Shown piece by piece: positions 1-8,759 of a DNA stretch of 64,000 bases. The translations under genes were made by a program, and so were the position numbers. How positions within the stretch are numbered: position 1 is the first letter of the stretch; each line of letters starts with the position of its first letter. Source of the DNA: Patescibacteria group bacterium (GTDB lineage Bacteria > Patescibacteriota > Patescibacteriia > 2-12-FULL-60-25); the NCBI GenBank assembly GCA_041752935.1, contig JBGSVN010000024.1, positions 32,262 to 96,261 of the forward strand, read 5' to 3'. Under the pieces are notes generated by a model. It did not search any database, had not been told where the DNA came from, and saw nothing but the letters and a program-made list of their open reading frames with translations.

Positions 1-1
1 T

Positions 2-319
2 GAAGTATTAGCCAGAAGATTTAAGCACAAAGATCATGGCTGGGAGTGGCCGGATTTTATTTTGATGGACGGAGGAGTCGGCCAGATTAACGCAGCTTTG
101 GAGGTCTTATCAGGCTTGCAGAGCACGCGGGTTATCCCCGTGGCCGGTATAGCCAAAGGGCCTAAACGCGATAAAGATCAAATTATTTTAGCACCGGCTT
201 TCGCGTCCTTGCATGATTTGGTCAGCAAACATACAGATATTCTGGTTCATGCCCGGGACGAAGCGCATCGTTTTGCTATTGCCTACCATAGAAAACTGCG
301 ATCCAAAATTAATAAATAA
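2..319 (+). CDS. uvrC: UvrC (excinuclease ABC subunit C), C-terminal part; 5' end lies outside the window
   Basis: The frame is open from the window edge. PDFILMDGGVGQINAA and RDEAHRFAIAYHRKLR match the UvrC C-terminal endonuclease region. The ORF stops right afterwards with no (HhH)2 tail. Confidence 0.75.
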   Translation, partial: EVLARRFKHKDHGWEWPDFILMDGGVGQINAALEVLSGLQSTRVIPVAGIAKGPKRDKDQIILAPAFASLHDLVSKHTDILVHARDEAHRFAIAYHRKLRSKINK

Positions 320-443
320 AAAATAAAAAATATTAAAATAAAAATTTTGGTGTCGCTGCGCGATAAATTTTATTGAATAAATGATATCAGAGTTTTTGAT
401 TTTTGATTTAATAAATTTATATTTAGTAATAAAGGATAAAGTT

Positions 444-452
444 TGGTAAAAT
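444..452 (+). promoter_or_regulatory. extended -10 box TGGTAAAAT, 7 nt upstream of ATG 460 (leaderless-type start)
   Basis: TGn+TAAAAT lies in an AT-rich intergenic region. There is no purine-rich SD between it and the ATG. Confidence 0.45.
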
Positions 453-459
453 ACAATAA

Positions 460-1866
460 ATGAAAAACAAAACGCAGTTTAAAGAATTTCCAAAGCCCAT
501 TTCTTTTAAAAAACTCATTGGTCCCAGTTTTATCATACTGGCTCTGGGCTTGGGTTCAGGGGAAGTTATTTTGTGGCCCTATTTGGCAGCCAATTATGGT
601 TTGGGTATTGCTTGGGGCGCGGTATTGGGCATTACCTTCCAGTATTTCATTAACATGGAAATAGAGCGCTATGCCTTGATCAAGGGTGAGAGCGTGTTTG
701 TGGGTTTGAATCGTTTGTTCAAATGGGCGGCTTATTGGTTTATTTTTTCTACATTTATTGGTTTTGGTTTGCCGGGTATTATTGCAGCTTCAGCCAAAGT
801 ATTTGCTACTTTGTTGGGTGTTCATGATTTTAAGTATGTGGCCATAGCTTTTTTGCTGGCCATTGGTTTTATATTGAGCGCTGGTAAAACGGTTTACGGC
901 CTAATGGAAAGAATAACCAAGACTGTGATTTTGCTGGGAGTGCCGTTTGTTTTTTTGTTGGCGGTTTATATCAGCTCCAGAGCTGACTGGTCGGCTTTGT
1001 TTCAGGGTGTTATTGGACGCGGAGCGGATTATCAATTTTTTCCCGAGAGTCTGGTTTTGGCCACTTTTTTGGCGGCTTTTGCCTATTCCGGAGCAGGCGG
1101 CAATTTGAATTTGACCCAATCTATTTATATCAAAGAAAAAGGTTATGGTATGGGCAAGTACGCGCAAAAAATATCCGGTTTATTTGTCAAAAAAGGAGAT
1201 AAGAAAATTAAGTTGAGCGGTGAGTCTTTTGAGATTAACGCGCAAAGCGTGGCTCGGTTTAAAGCTTGGTGGAAGAATGTGAGTATTGAGCATCTGATAG
1301 TTTTTTGGTTGATAGGCAGTTTGACCATGCTCTTGCTGATGGTTTTGGCTTATGCCACGGCCTATGGCGTGACTGGCAGCGGAGAGGGGATTAATTTCGT
1401 GCTCAATGAAGGCTTGGCCATTGGCCAGGCTACTTGGCCTATCATGGGCAGTTTGTTTTTAGTGGTGGTTTCCATCATGTTATTTCAAACACAACTGGGA
1501 GTCATGGATTCTACCTCGCGCATCATGGCTGAAAATTATGCTGAAAAGAAATTAGGTCAAAATCCGGATGGCGTAATCAACCTGTCCAAGATTTATTATA
1601 TTTTTTTATGGGCGCAAATAGCTTTTGGTATTATTTTGTTTTTGTTCAATATTCATGAACCAAAAACTTTGTTGGTGCTGGGCGCGGTCATCAACGCTTT
1701 TGCCATGTTCGTACACATTGCTCTAGTCGCTTTCTTAAATCACAAAACATTGCATCCGGCTTTCCAGCCTTCTTTAGTTAGAAAGATGATTTTGCTGGGT
1801 ATCTTTTTGTTTTTCGGCTATTTCAGTGCCATCGTTTTGTTGGATAAATTGGGCGTGGTTTTGTAA
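460..1866 (+). CDS. Nramp-related polytopic membrane transporter (distant paralog of 4397..5650)
   Basis: 468 aa and hydrophobic throughout (about 11 TM segments). The N-terminal GPSFIILALGLGSGEVILWPYLAANYG resembles the Nramp/MntH signature region. Confidence 0.5.
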   Translation: MKNKTQFKEFPKPISFKKLIGPSFIILALGLGSGEVILWPYLAANYGLGIAWGAVLGITFQYFINMEIERYALIKGESVFVGLNRLFKWAAYWFIFSTFIGFGLPGIIAASAKVFATLLGVHDFKYVAIAFLLAIGFILSAGKTVYGLMERITKTVILLGVPFVFLLAVYISSRADWSALFQGVIGRGADYQFFPESLVLATFLAAFAYSGAGGNLNLTQSIYIKEKGYGMGKYAQKISGLFVKKGDKKIKLSGESFEINAQSVARFKAWWKNVSIEHLIVFWLIGSLTMLLLMVLAYATAYGVTGSGEGINFVLNEGLAIGQATWPIMGSLFLVVVSIMLFQTQLGVMDSTSRIMAENYAEKKLGQNPDGVINLSKIYYIFLWAQIAFGIILFLFNIHEPKTLLVLGAVINAFAMFVHIALVAFLNHKTLHPAFQPSLVRKMILLGIFLFFGYFSAIVLLDKLGVVL

Positions 1867-1897
1867 TTCAGGGTTTGTTTTTGGGTTTTGAAGTTGT

Positions 1898-3055
1898 ATG
1901 AATAAATTTCTATCAATCATTGGTCTTTCATGCTTGGGGTTATTGACGGCCGAACAAGCTTTAGCGGTTCCTCCGCCGGATTTTATTTTTAATGCCGGTT
2001 CATCCATTTTTCAGGTTTTTTCCTTGGTTTTTTTATTTTTGTCCGCGGCCTTCGGTACACTCTATCAATACGTAAAAGCCAGAATCGCGACTAAAGGAGC
2101 CAAGGTCGCGGTGGCTTTGATCATGTTATATCTGATAGTCTTCGTGTCGGTTTTGGGGGCGCATCTTTACAGCTCGTATGCGCAGAGACGCGCGTATTTG
2201 GATTGGTTGGAAGTGAGCCGCGAACAAACCAAACAAGCTCTGGAATCAATCGGTGCCACCAGCACTGAAAAAGAGTTACAGCCTTTATATCTTGATAACG
2301 GCTGGATCGATAATGATTTGGATCAGGTTCGAACTGCGAGTACGACGGTCAGCTCAACCGAGGTCATGATTATTAATAATAAAGTAAAAATAACCAATTC
2401 ATCGCCCACGACAACGAACGCGGATTTTTTAGCGGCACTCGCTTCAGAGGCGCAAGATTTTGTGGTTTTGGATGCCAGAGAAGATGTTGAATATGAAATA
2501 GGGCATTTACCGGGGAGCCTTCATATCAGAGCAGCTGATTTAAAAGCGGGCTCTTGGAGTGAATTGCCGTTGGATAAAACAGTATATGTATTGTGCTGGT
2601 CTGGTTTGCGCGGTTTGGACGTAGCCGAATTTTTGAGGTCAAAAAATATCGTGGCCGTGGCTTTGGAGGATGGGGCTGAGAGCTGGGTGGCGGACGGCGG
2701 GCAGTGGCAAGGCGGCATTTTATTTTCCAAAGCATTTCCCGAAGAAAGATATGCTAAATTGTATACCACGGAAGAGGTGGAAGATTTACGACGGCAGAGG
2801 ACAGTGCTGGTGGATAGCCGAGAGCCCTATAAATATGACCAATGGCATATATCAAATACCATGAACATTCCTTTGATTTATACCGCGTCACCGGATTTGG
2901 AAGAGAGATTTGATCAAGTTCCGGCCGGATCCAAAGTCATTACGGTTTGTGACGCGTATGTTAACTGCTTTGATGCCAAATTGACCGGCATTGAGCTGGA
3001 AAAACGCGGGCACGAATTTTTGGGCAGGTATAACACGCCATGGGAATTAAAATGA
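1898..3055 (+). CDS. membrane-anchored/secreted tandem rhodanese-domain protein
   Basis: Hydrophobic N-terminal segments are followed by two rhodanese-like modules: VVLDAREDVEYEIGHLPGSLHI...VYVLCWSGLRG (CxxGxR loop) and VLVDSREPYKYDQWHISNTMNIP...VITVCDAYVN. Confidence 0.6.
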   Translation: MNKFLSIIGLSCLGLLTAEQALAVPPPDFIFNAGSSIFQVFSLVFLFLSAAFGTLYQYVKARIATKGAKVAVALIMLYLIVFVSVLGAHLYSSYAQRRAYLDWLEVSREQTKQALESIGATSTEKELQPLYLDNGWIDNDLDQVRTASTTVSSTEVMIINNKVKITNSSPTTTNADFLAALASEAQDFVVLDAREDVEYEIGHLPGSLHIRAADLKAGSWSELPLDKTVYVLCWSGLRGLDVAEFLRSKNIVAVALEDGAESWVADGGQWQGGILFSKAFPEERYAKLYTTEEVEDLRRQRTVLVDSREPYKYDQWHISNTMNIPLIYTASPDLEERFDQVPAGSKVITVCDAYVNCFDAKLTGIELEKRGHEFLGRYNTPWELK

Positions 3056-3056
3056 T

Positions 3057-4382
3057 ATGACGTCAGAGGAGGTTTTAAAAAAATCATTACCGCCCGCTCC
3101 GTATTGGTTTGAGCAAACAGGTATTGCCGAAATAGCTCCCCGCCCCACAGAGCTGACTTTTGATATCTTGAAGCGATTGTACGCCGCCAAAGGTCCGATT
3201 AGCCGAGTTTATTCGCATCATGGAATTAAATTTTTTGAAACTGATTTTTTAAAAATTATCGGCAATCAATTGTATATTGATCGTGAACTGGAGCTGAAAG
3301 CACTGTTACCTGCGTACAGTTATTTTTCAGTCGAACCTTTCGCGGTTAAGGCGGTTGGCTTGAAGGGTTTTTGGAACTCATTTAATAATTCTTGGCGTTT
3401 GCAGTTGGTAAAAAATAAAAAAGATTTAGGACTGTGGGCGGATGTTGAACAAGCCTTACAAAATACATCTGAAGATGAAGATGATTTTACGGTTTTAATT
3501 GGCCGGTTCATAAAAGACTATGCCTTGATATTCAGTATTAATTTCTTGGCAGACAAATCAATTAATTCATTGTCTTTGATTTTGAAAAAATTTGATAAAC
3601 AGCCGATTGACATACTTGCCTCCCCGAATTCTTTTTATTTTTACTGTCCCTTGGCAGTATCCGTTGATACTTCGTCTTGGAAGGGTAACTCTTTGGATTT
3701 ATCTGACGAAACTGAATTTGGAAGTATGTTTGGCCGGGCGGACGGTAATAATTTGACCGATTGGTGGGGAGGTCTGTCAGGTATCCAAAAAACCATGCTG
3801 ATTCAGCCTATTGAGACGGCTTTGTTTTATAATGACTTGCGTGAGCTGGGGCGGTGGCTGGCAGTTAAACATATTAATCGCATCAGACGGGCTTTATTGG
3901 TTTTGGGTTCGAAGTATGGCTTGGAGGACACAGCTTTGTTGTATCACGCGACCCTGGATGAAATTAATAACAAGAGTTTCAGCGCCTCGAAATTGAACGA
4001 CAGGCGGCAAGCTTATTTGGAATTCAATAATTTAACTTTACCGACTGTTTTACGCAGTGATAAAAAATGGTCTCAAGCAGTCAAATATAAGGGATTGTCA
4101 CCCGGCAAAGCCAAAGGAAGGCTGGTTATGGTGAAAGATTTAAAAGAGGGCGCTGGAGATTTTATTTTATATACCTCATTATTGACCCCTGATTTGTTGT
4201 CGTATTTCAACAGTATAAAAGGTATAGTGTCAGAAAAAGGAAGCGCTTTGTCTCATTTGGCGATTTTAGCCAGAGAAAAAGGCCTGCCCGTAGTGACAGG
4301 CGTAGGTTTGGAGAATGGACAGATTAAAATCGGGGATCTGATTGAGCTGGACGGGTCCAAGGGAACGGTTGATCTGCTATAA
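3057..4382 (+). CDS. PEP-utilising-enzyme mobile (swivel phosphohistidine) domain protein, PEP synthase / rifampin-phosphotransferase-like
   Basis: The C-terminal GIVSEKGSALSHLAILAREKGLPVVTGV is the swivel-domain His signature. The ATG lies 1 nt after the upstream stop. Confidence 0.6.
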   Translation: MTSEEVLKKSLPPAPYWFEQTGIAEIAPRPTELTFDILKRLYAAKGPISRVYSHHGIKFFETDFLKIIGNQLYIDRELELKALLPAYSYFSVEPFAVKAVGLKGFWNSFNNSWRLQLVKNKKDLGLWADVEQALQNTSEDEDDFTVLIGRFIKDYALIFSINFLADKSINSLSLILKKFDKQPIDILASPNSFYFYCPLAVSVDTSSWKGNSLDLSDETEFGSMFGRADGNNLTDWWGGLSGIQKTMLIQPIETALFYNDLRELGRWLAVKHINRIRRALLVLGSKYGLEDTALLYHATLDEINNKSFSASKLNDRRQAYLEFNNLTLPTVLRSDKKWSQAVKYKGLSPGKAKGRLVMVKDLKEGAGDFILYTSLLTPDLLSYFNSIKGIVSEKGSALSHLAILAREKGLPVVTGVGLENGQIKIGDLIELDGSKGTVDLL

Positions 4383-4396
4383 TTGTTTGATTGGTT

Positions 4397-5650
4397 ATGT
4401 CCCACAAGAAAAAAAGTTGGTTCAGAAGACTGGGTCCGGGCTTTATTACAGGAGCTGCGGACGATGATCCTTCGGGTATAGCCACCTATACTCAGGTGGG
4501 GGCGCAGTTCGGTTTTGGTCAGCTTTGGACCGTGTTCTTTACTCTTCCGCTCATGGTCGCCATGCAAGAAATGGTGGGGCGTATTGGCCTGGTATCTGGC
4601 AGGGGCATCACGGATATTGTGCGCCGTATTTTTCCAAAATGGGTATTGCTGCTATTTGTGGGATTGATTTTATTGGCTAACACCATGAATATTGGAACTG
4701 ATCTGGGAGCTATGGCAGAAGTGACACGCTTGGTTTTTCCACAAATCCCTTTTGTAATTTTAGCCATAGGCTTTACAGCCTTAATTTTATTTTTGGAAAT
4801 TTTTATCAGCTATAAAACATATGCCAAGTTGTTAAAATGGTTTGCCCTGGCTTTGTTCAGCTATGTGATAACCCTGTTTTTAGTGACTCAAAATTGGTCT
4901 GAACTGGCGTTCAGCGCCGTCATCCCGCAGTTTCAAATATCCAAAGCTTTTATTCTGACCTTGGTGGCTATTTTGGGTACTACTATCTCTCCATATTTGT
5001 TTATCTGGCAGGCCAATGAAGAAGTGGAAGAAGAAATAGCTGATGGCAGGTCTTCTTTAAAAAAACGAATGGGGGCAACCAAGCAAGAGATAAAAGAAAT
5101 GCGGCGTGATACGGCCATCGGCATGTTGTTTTCTCAGATCATCATGTTTTGCATCATCGCCACGGCCGGCAATGCGTTTTTTAAAAATGGAATTTTTGAT
5201 ATTCAAAGCGCGGGGCAGGCAGCGCAAGCTCTACAGCCCTTGGCCGGGCATTGGGCTTCTTATATTTTTGCTTTGGGAGTTATCGGCACCGGTTTATTAG
5301 CTATTCCTGTATTGTCAGCCTCGGCTTCATATGCTTTGAGTGAGGCTTTTGGCTGGAAGGAGGGGTTGTACCGGAAATTCAGGCAAGCGCATGGTTTTTA
5401 CGGGGTGATCACTTTGGCTACTCTGCTGGGTTTGATGATTAACTTTGTGGGTATTAATCCCATTAAGGCTCTGATCTGGACGGCTGTTTTAAACGGTGTG
5501 GTAACACCGCCATTGATTTTGATTATTATGAAAATAGCCAATGATAAAAAGGTAATGGGCAAACATATCAATGGGATATGGTCCAATCTGTTTGGAGGGA
5601 TTACTTTTTTGGTAACTTCGGTTTGTGTGCTTTTGTTGTTTATTTTGTAA
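4397..5650 (+). CDS. Nramp-family divalent metal cation transporter
   Basis: GPGFITGAADDDPSGIATYTQVGAQFGF plus a multi-TM profile is typical of Nramp/MntH-like proteins. ATG 4397 is preferred over TTG 4391. Confidence 0.7.
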   Translation: MSHKKKSWFRRLGPGFITGAADDDPSGIATYTQVGAQFGFGQLWTVFFTLPLMVAMQEMVGRIGLVSGRGITDIVRRIFPKWVLLLFVGLILLANTMNIGTDLGAMAEVTRLVFPQIPFVILAIGFTALILFLEIFISYKTYAKLLKWFALALFSYVITLFLVTQNWSELAFSAVIPQFQISKAFILTLVAILGTTISPYLFIWQANEEVEEEIADGRSSLKKRMGATKQEIKEMRRDTAIGMLFSQIIMFCIIATAGNAFFKNGIFDIQSAGQAAQALQPLAGHWASYIFALGVIGTGLLAIPVLSASASYALSEAFGWKEGLYRKFRQAHGFYGVITLATLLGLMINFVGINPIKALIWTAVLNGVVTPPLILIIMKIANDKKVMGKHINGIWSNLFGGITFLVTSVCVLLLFIL

Positions 5651-5726
5651 ATGTTTTGTTATTTAGCCCAAAGTGGGGAATTGTATTATCCACATTGGAA
5701 CAAAAAAAGAACGCTTTTTTGACTCA

Positions 5727-5755
5727 ATACAGCTAAAAAATAGCTGTATTTTATT
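5727..5755 (+). terminator. intrinsic terminator after the Nramp gene
   Basis: ATACAGCTA-AAAAA-TAGCTGTAT stem-loop followed by TTTATT. Confidence 0.6.
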
Positions 5756-5773
5756 GGTTGACCAAATGTCATC

Positions 5774-5811
5774 TGGTGGCATAAACTGGGTGTCAGTGGG
5801 AAGAGGTGGGA
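5774..5811 (+). promoter_or_regulatory. array of four (G)TGG(G/C) direct repeats with exact 10-bp phasing upstream of mraZ (candidate MraZ operator)
   Basis: The repeats end at 5780 (GTGGC), 5790 (CTGGG), 5800 (GTGGG) and 5810 (GTGGG). They sit about 100 bp upstream of the mraZ ATG. Confidence 0.6.
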
Positions 5812-5908
5812 ATAAAAGGTTGCCGCATCCAGGGATGCGCTAGCCTTCCCCCTGTTTTTTTATAGTCCGAAACCTTAGGGCCGAGGATTGATACTTAGCT
5901 TGTATATT

Positions 5909-6340
5909 ATGTTCATCGGAGAGTTTCATTTTACGCTTGATGACAAGGGGAGGCTGTCCGTTCCCATCGGCTATCGCACCGCGCTTAAAGATGGAGCTGT
6001 CGTAACGCGCGGGCTTGATCATACTTTGTTTCTTTATCCAAAGGAGCAATGGAGATCCTTGGCGGCCAAAATAGCCGCCTTGCCGCTCTCAACCGCGGAT
6101 ACCCGCGCTTTCGCTCGTCTGATGCTAGCCGGAGCCATGGAAGTCTCAATAGACAAATCCGGGCGTATTACCATTCCAGAATACTTGCGTATCTACGCCA
6201 GTCTTCAAAAACAGGTGGTGATATCAGGTCTTTACGACCGCTTGGAAATTTGGGATAAAGTGGCCTGGCAGGCATATGTAGCCCAAACAGAGGCTAACGG
6301 TGATCAAATAGCCGAAAGACTCGGACCAATAGGATTATGA
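5909..6340 (+). CDS. mraZ: transcriptional regulator MraZ
   Basis: MFIGEFHFTLDDKGRLSVP... and a second ...DKSGRITIPEYLR half give the duplicated SpoVT/AbrB-like MraZ pattern. The canonical N-terminus starts at ATG 5909. Confidence 0.92.
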   Translation: MFIGEFHFTLDDKGRLSVPIGYRTALKDGAVVTRGLDHTLFLYPKEQWRSLAAKIAALPLSTADTRAFARLMLAGAMEVSIDKSGRITIPEYLRIYASLQKQVVISGLYDRLEIWDKVAWQAYVAQTEANGDQIAERLGPIGL

Positions 6341-7284
6341 AGCAATCGTCAATAGATTCCGTCCATCGAGCTGTCATGGTTCGAGAGGTTATGGAATTGC
6401 TCAAGCCCCGATCAGGTGGTCGCTATTTAGATGCCACCTTAGGCGGAGGCACTCATACGGCTGAGCTTCTAAACCTGTCGGCTCCGGATGGGAAGGTGTT
6501 ATCCATGGATGTCGATGAAGCGGCTCTGAGCCGCGCGCGTCAAAAACAGCCGGCCTATGGCTCGCGCTGGAAGATCGTGGAACAGAATTTTCGTCATTTG
6601 CGTCAAACAGCCGAGGAATCGGGCTGGGCGCCCTTTGACGGGATATTGATGGACCTGGGTCTTTCTTCCGATGAGCTGGCCGATGCTTCCAAGGGCATTT
6701 CTTTTCAAGCCCAAGGCCCCTTGGACATGCGTTTGGGTCCCAAGGCTAATGAGGATGGTTTGGTCGCCGCCACGATCGTGAACCATTGGAGTGAGCGTGA
6801 GCTGACTCAACTCATCGGTTTATACGGAGAAGAACGCTACGCGCACAGAATAGCTGGAGCCATTGTTCGTCAGAGGCAAGAAAAGCCTTTGGAAACGACT
6901 TTGGAACTGGCTGAACTCATCAAGTCTTGCGTGCCCGCGGTTTACGCTCGTTCACGCATTCATCCGGCAACCAAAACATTTCAAGCACTGCGTATCGCGG
7001 TTAATGATGAACTGCAGGCCTTGCGTTCCGCTTTAAATCAAGCGGATGCGATTTTAGCGCCCGGCGGCATCTTGGTCGTGATATCGTTTCATTCACTTGA
7101 AGACCGTATCGTCAAACAAACATTCAAAAAATACCAAGGGTATCAAATTTCAAAAAAACCTGTTCGTCCCACCGAGGACGAAATAAAACATAATCCACGC
7201 GCCCGCAGCGCCAAGCTGCGCGCGGCATATAAAAACGCAACAACACAAAAATATTTATGTCACGGACTTACGCTATTGCTATGA
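6337..7284 (+). CDS. rsmH: 16S rRNA (cytosine1402-N4)-methyltransferase RsmH
   Basis: HRAVMVREV...YLDATLGGGTHT...GILMDLGLSS...HSLEDRIVK motifs are present. An ATGA overlap joins it to mraZ, the conserved mraZ-rsmH order. Confidence 0.93.
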   Translation: MKQSSIDSVHRAVMVREVMELLKPRSGGRYLDATLGGGTHTAELLNLSAPDGKVLSMDVDEAALSRARQKQPAYGSRWKIVEQNFRHLRQTAEESGWAPFDGILMDLGLSSDELADASKGISFQAQGPLDMRLGPKANEDGLVAATIVNHWSERELTQLIGLYGEERYAHRIAGAIVRQRQEKPLETTLELAELIKSCVPAVYARSRIHPATKTFQALRIAVNDELQALRSALNQADAILAPGGILVVISFHSLEDRIVKQTFKKYQGYQISKKPVRPTEDEIKHNPRARSAKLRAAYKNATTQKYLCHGLTLLL

Positions 7285-7619
7285 CCAGACCGCATCAACG
7301 TTTTGGCTTTAAGGAGCCAATCGGTCGCCAAATCCCACAAGGAGCCATGGGTTGGAGCCTTTTGGTTTTGGTGGTTTGGCTGGGTTTGGCTGGTTTATAT
7401 GTAGCGCAAATCGTGGGAGCCGCTCCACGCAGTGATAAACTGCAGAAGCTGGAAACAAGAGTCAATTATTTGCAAAGAGATATTATGGCTTTGGAAGATT
7501 CAACGGCCAAAGCATCATCCTTGCATGCCCTCGCTGAACGAGCGCAGGGACTGGGATTAATTCCGGTGCAAAATCCGGAATACATCAATCCTGCTGCCCA
7601 TGCCTTCGTTCGGCGCTAA
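7281..7619 (+). CDS. small bitopic membrane protein, FtsL-like by position
   Basis: One TM (WSLLVLVVWLGLAGLYVAQIV) is followed by a coiled-coil-like stretch. An ATGA overlap joins it to the rsmH stop. It occupies the ftsL slot of the dcw cluster. Confidence 0.45.
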   Translation: MTRPHQRFGFKEPIGRQIPQGAMGWSLLVLVVWLGLAGLYVAQIVGAAPRSDKLQKLETRVNYLQRDIMALEDSTAKASSLHALAERAQGLGLIPVQNPEYINPAAHAFVRR

Positions 7620-7636
7620 AATGGCGCTGGGATGAT

Positions 7637-7676
7637 AAATTCCTCCGGTCGCGCGTTTCCGGAGGAATTTTTTATT
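7637..7676 (+). terminator. intrinsic terminator after the ftsL-like gene
   Basis: AAATTCCTCCGG-n10-CCGGAGGAATTT followed by a T-run. Confidence 0.7.
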
Positions 7677-7748
7677 TCCCCTCCTCAGATGAGGAGGGGG
7701 TAGGGGTGGTGCTGAAGCTGCTATAACAAAAATTACAAACCACCCCAA

Positions 7749-7779
7749 CCCCTCCTTAACCAAGGAGGGGCTTTTTTTG
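7749..7779 (+). terminator. second hairpin plus T-run (CCCCTCCTT-AACC-AAGGAGGGG-CTTTTTTT)
   Basis: Perfect 9-bp stem followed by T7. It belongs to the CCCCTCCT/AGGAGGGG hairpin family, also seen at 7678-7700 and 9822-9846. Confidence 0.5.
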
Positions 7780-7790
7780 TCATGAGTTTA

Positions 7791-7817
7791 GAGATCCTGA
7801 ACTAAATTCAGGATGAC
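7791..7817. repeat. dispersed palindromic repeat family 1 (GAGATCCTGAA-n5-TTCAGGATGAC), copy 1
   Basis: Near-identical copies lie at 8804, 9723, 18216 (rc) and 18359 (rc). Confidence 0.85.
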
Positions 7818-7847
7818 ATGCCTCTTTTTGTCATCCTCGCTTAGGCA

Positions 7848-7877
7848 GGGATCCAGTTTTTAAGTTACTGGATTCCC
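7848..7877. repeat. dispersed palindromic repeat family 2 (GG(G/A)ATCCAGTTTTTAAGT(T/C)ACTGGATTCC), copy 1
   Basis: Near-identical copy at 18419-18449. A related half-site (GGAATCCAG) lies at ~16434. Confidence 0.8.
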
Positions 7878-7940
7878 GATTTAATTATTTAGCTCATTAA
7901 GCCTATCAGCTACTTGGTCGGGAATGACAATGTTGGTTTT

Positions 7941-8050
7941 GACGTAGGACGCGGGACGTTGGGTTGTCACATATTACATGCTACATGTTTTATGAATTAG
8001 GACGTTAAGTAGATGGAGAGGTTGACACAGCTCTCTATTTTTGTTTAAGT
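7941..8050 (+). promoter_or_regulatory. promoter/regulatory module copy A (GACGTAGGACG ... TTACATGCTACATGT ... GGACGTTAAGT ... TTGACA-17-TTAAGT)
   Basis: GACGTAGGACG at 7941-7951, TTACATGCTACATGT at 7974-7988, TTGACA at 8022-8027, and TTAAGT at 8045-8050 with a 17-nt spacing. It lies directly upstream of the pentapeptide gene. Confidence 0.55.
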
Positions 8051-8115
8051 GGCTAATCCTCTGCGTATTTTGGTTGCGAACATAACGCCACATGAAGAGG
8101 CGTGAGGAGGTTAAA

Positions 8116-8745
8116 ATGAGCGAAGAAAATGCACCTTCCATGACCAAGGAACAGCTGGTCGCTCTGCTTAAGAGTGGTCCTGAAGGCATCACTAGGTTCA
8201 ATGCTCTATGCGAAGAGTATCGGGATTGGACGGTGGATCTTTCGGGAGAGGACTTCTCAGGAACTGATCTCTCAGGAGTTCGGTTCTTGGAAGTGCAGCT
8301 CTTTGAAACAAACTTTTCCGGAGCCAGACTCGTTGGAGCGGATTTCTCCGGAGCCTGCCTTGAAATGGCCGACTTCTCAGATGCAAATTTGCATAAGGCA
8401 GTCCTGACCGCAGCGAATTTAGGAGAGGCATTGCTCATGAAAGCTGACCTCACTGAAGCTGCCGTGTCCGGAGCGAATTTTGAGATGGCTCACCTCGACG
8501 GAGCTAATCTTTCTAGAGCGAACTGTTACGGAGCCTGTTTTGCTAGAGCTAGCCTCAGGGGAGCGGCTCTTTGCAAGACGGATCTCTCGGAAGCAGATCT
8601 GTCTATGGCGAATATCACAGAAGCGGATCTCTCCGAAGCGAAACTTGTCAAAGCGCATCTGGCAGCAGTTTTGCATGGTCTGAAACGAGCTGATTGGCAG
8701 CGGCTCGTGGAGCAGACTGAGACCTCCATTGAATTCGCCGATTGA
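8116..8745 (+). CDS. pentapeptide-repeat protein
   Basis: Long run of A(D/N)LSxA(N/D)Lxx units (ADFSGACLEMADFSDANLHKAVLTAANLGEALLMKADLTEAAVSGANFEMAHLDGANLSRAN...). GAGGAGG SD at 8104-8110 lies 5 nt before ATG 8116. It is GC-richer than its neighbours. Confidence 0.85.
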   Translation: MSEENAPSMTKEQLVALLKSGPEGITRFNALCEEYRDWTVDLSGEDFSGTDLSGVRFLEVQLFETNFSGARLVGADFSGACLEMADFSDANLHKAVLTAANLGEALLMKADLTEAAVSGANFEMAHLDGANLSRANCYGACFARASLRGAALCKTDLSEADLSMANITEADLSEAKLVKAHLAAVLHGLKRADWQRLVEQTETSIEFAD

Positions 8746-8759
8746 CGCCGGCTCTCCCG

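Noticed and set aside
7974-8729. Multiple ORFs in other frames and strands across the pentapeptide gene (159 aa on minus; 77-85 aa others)
   Set aside because: The 15-nt periodic pentapeptide coding repeat keeps several frames open. Only the + frame from ATG 8116 has an SD, a coherent A(D/N)LxX repeat and a terminator.
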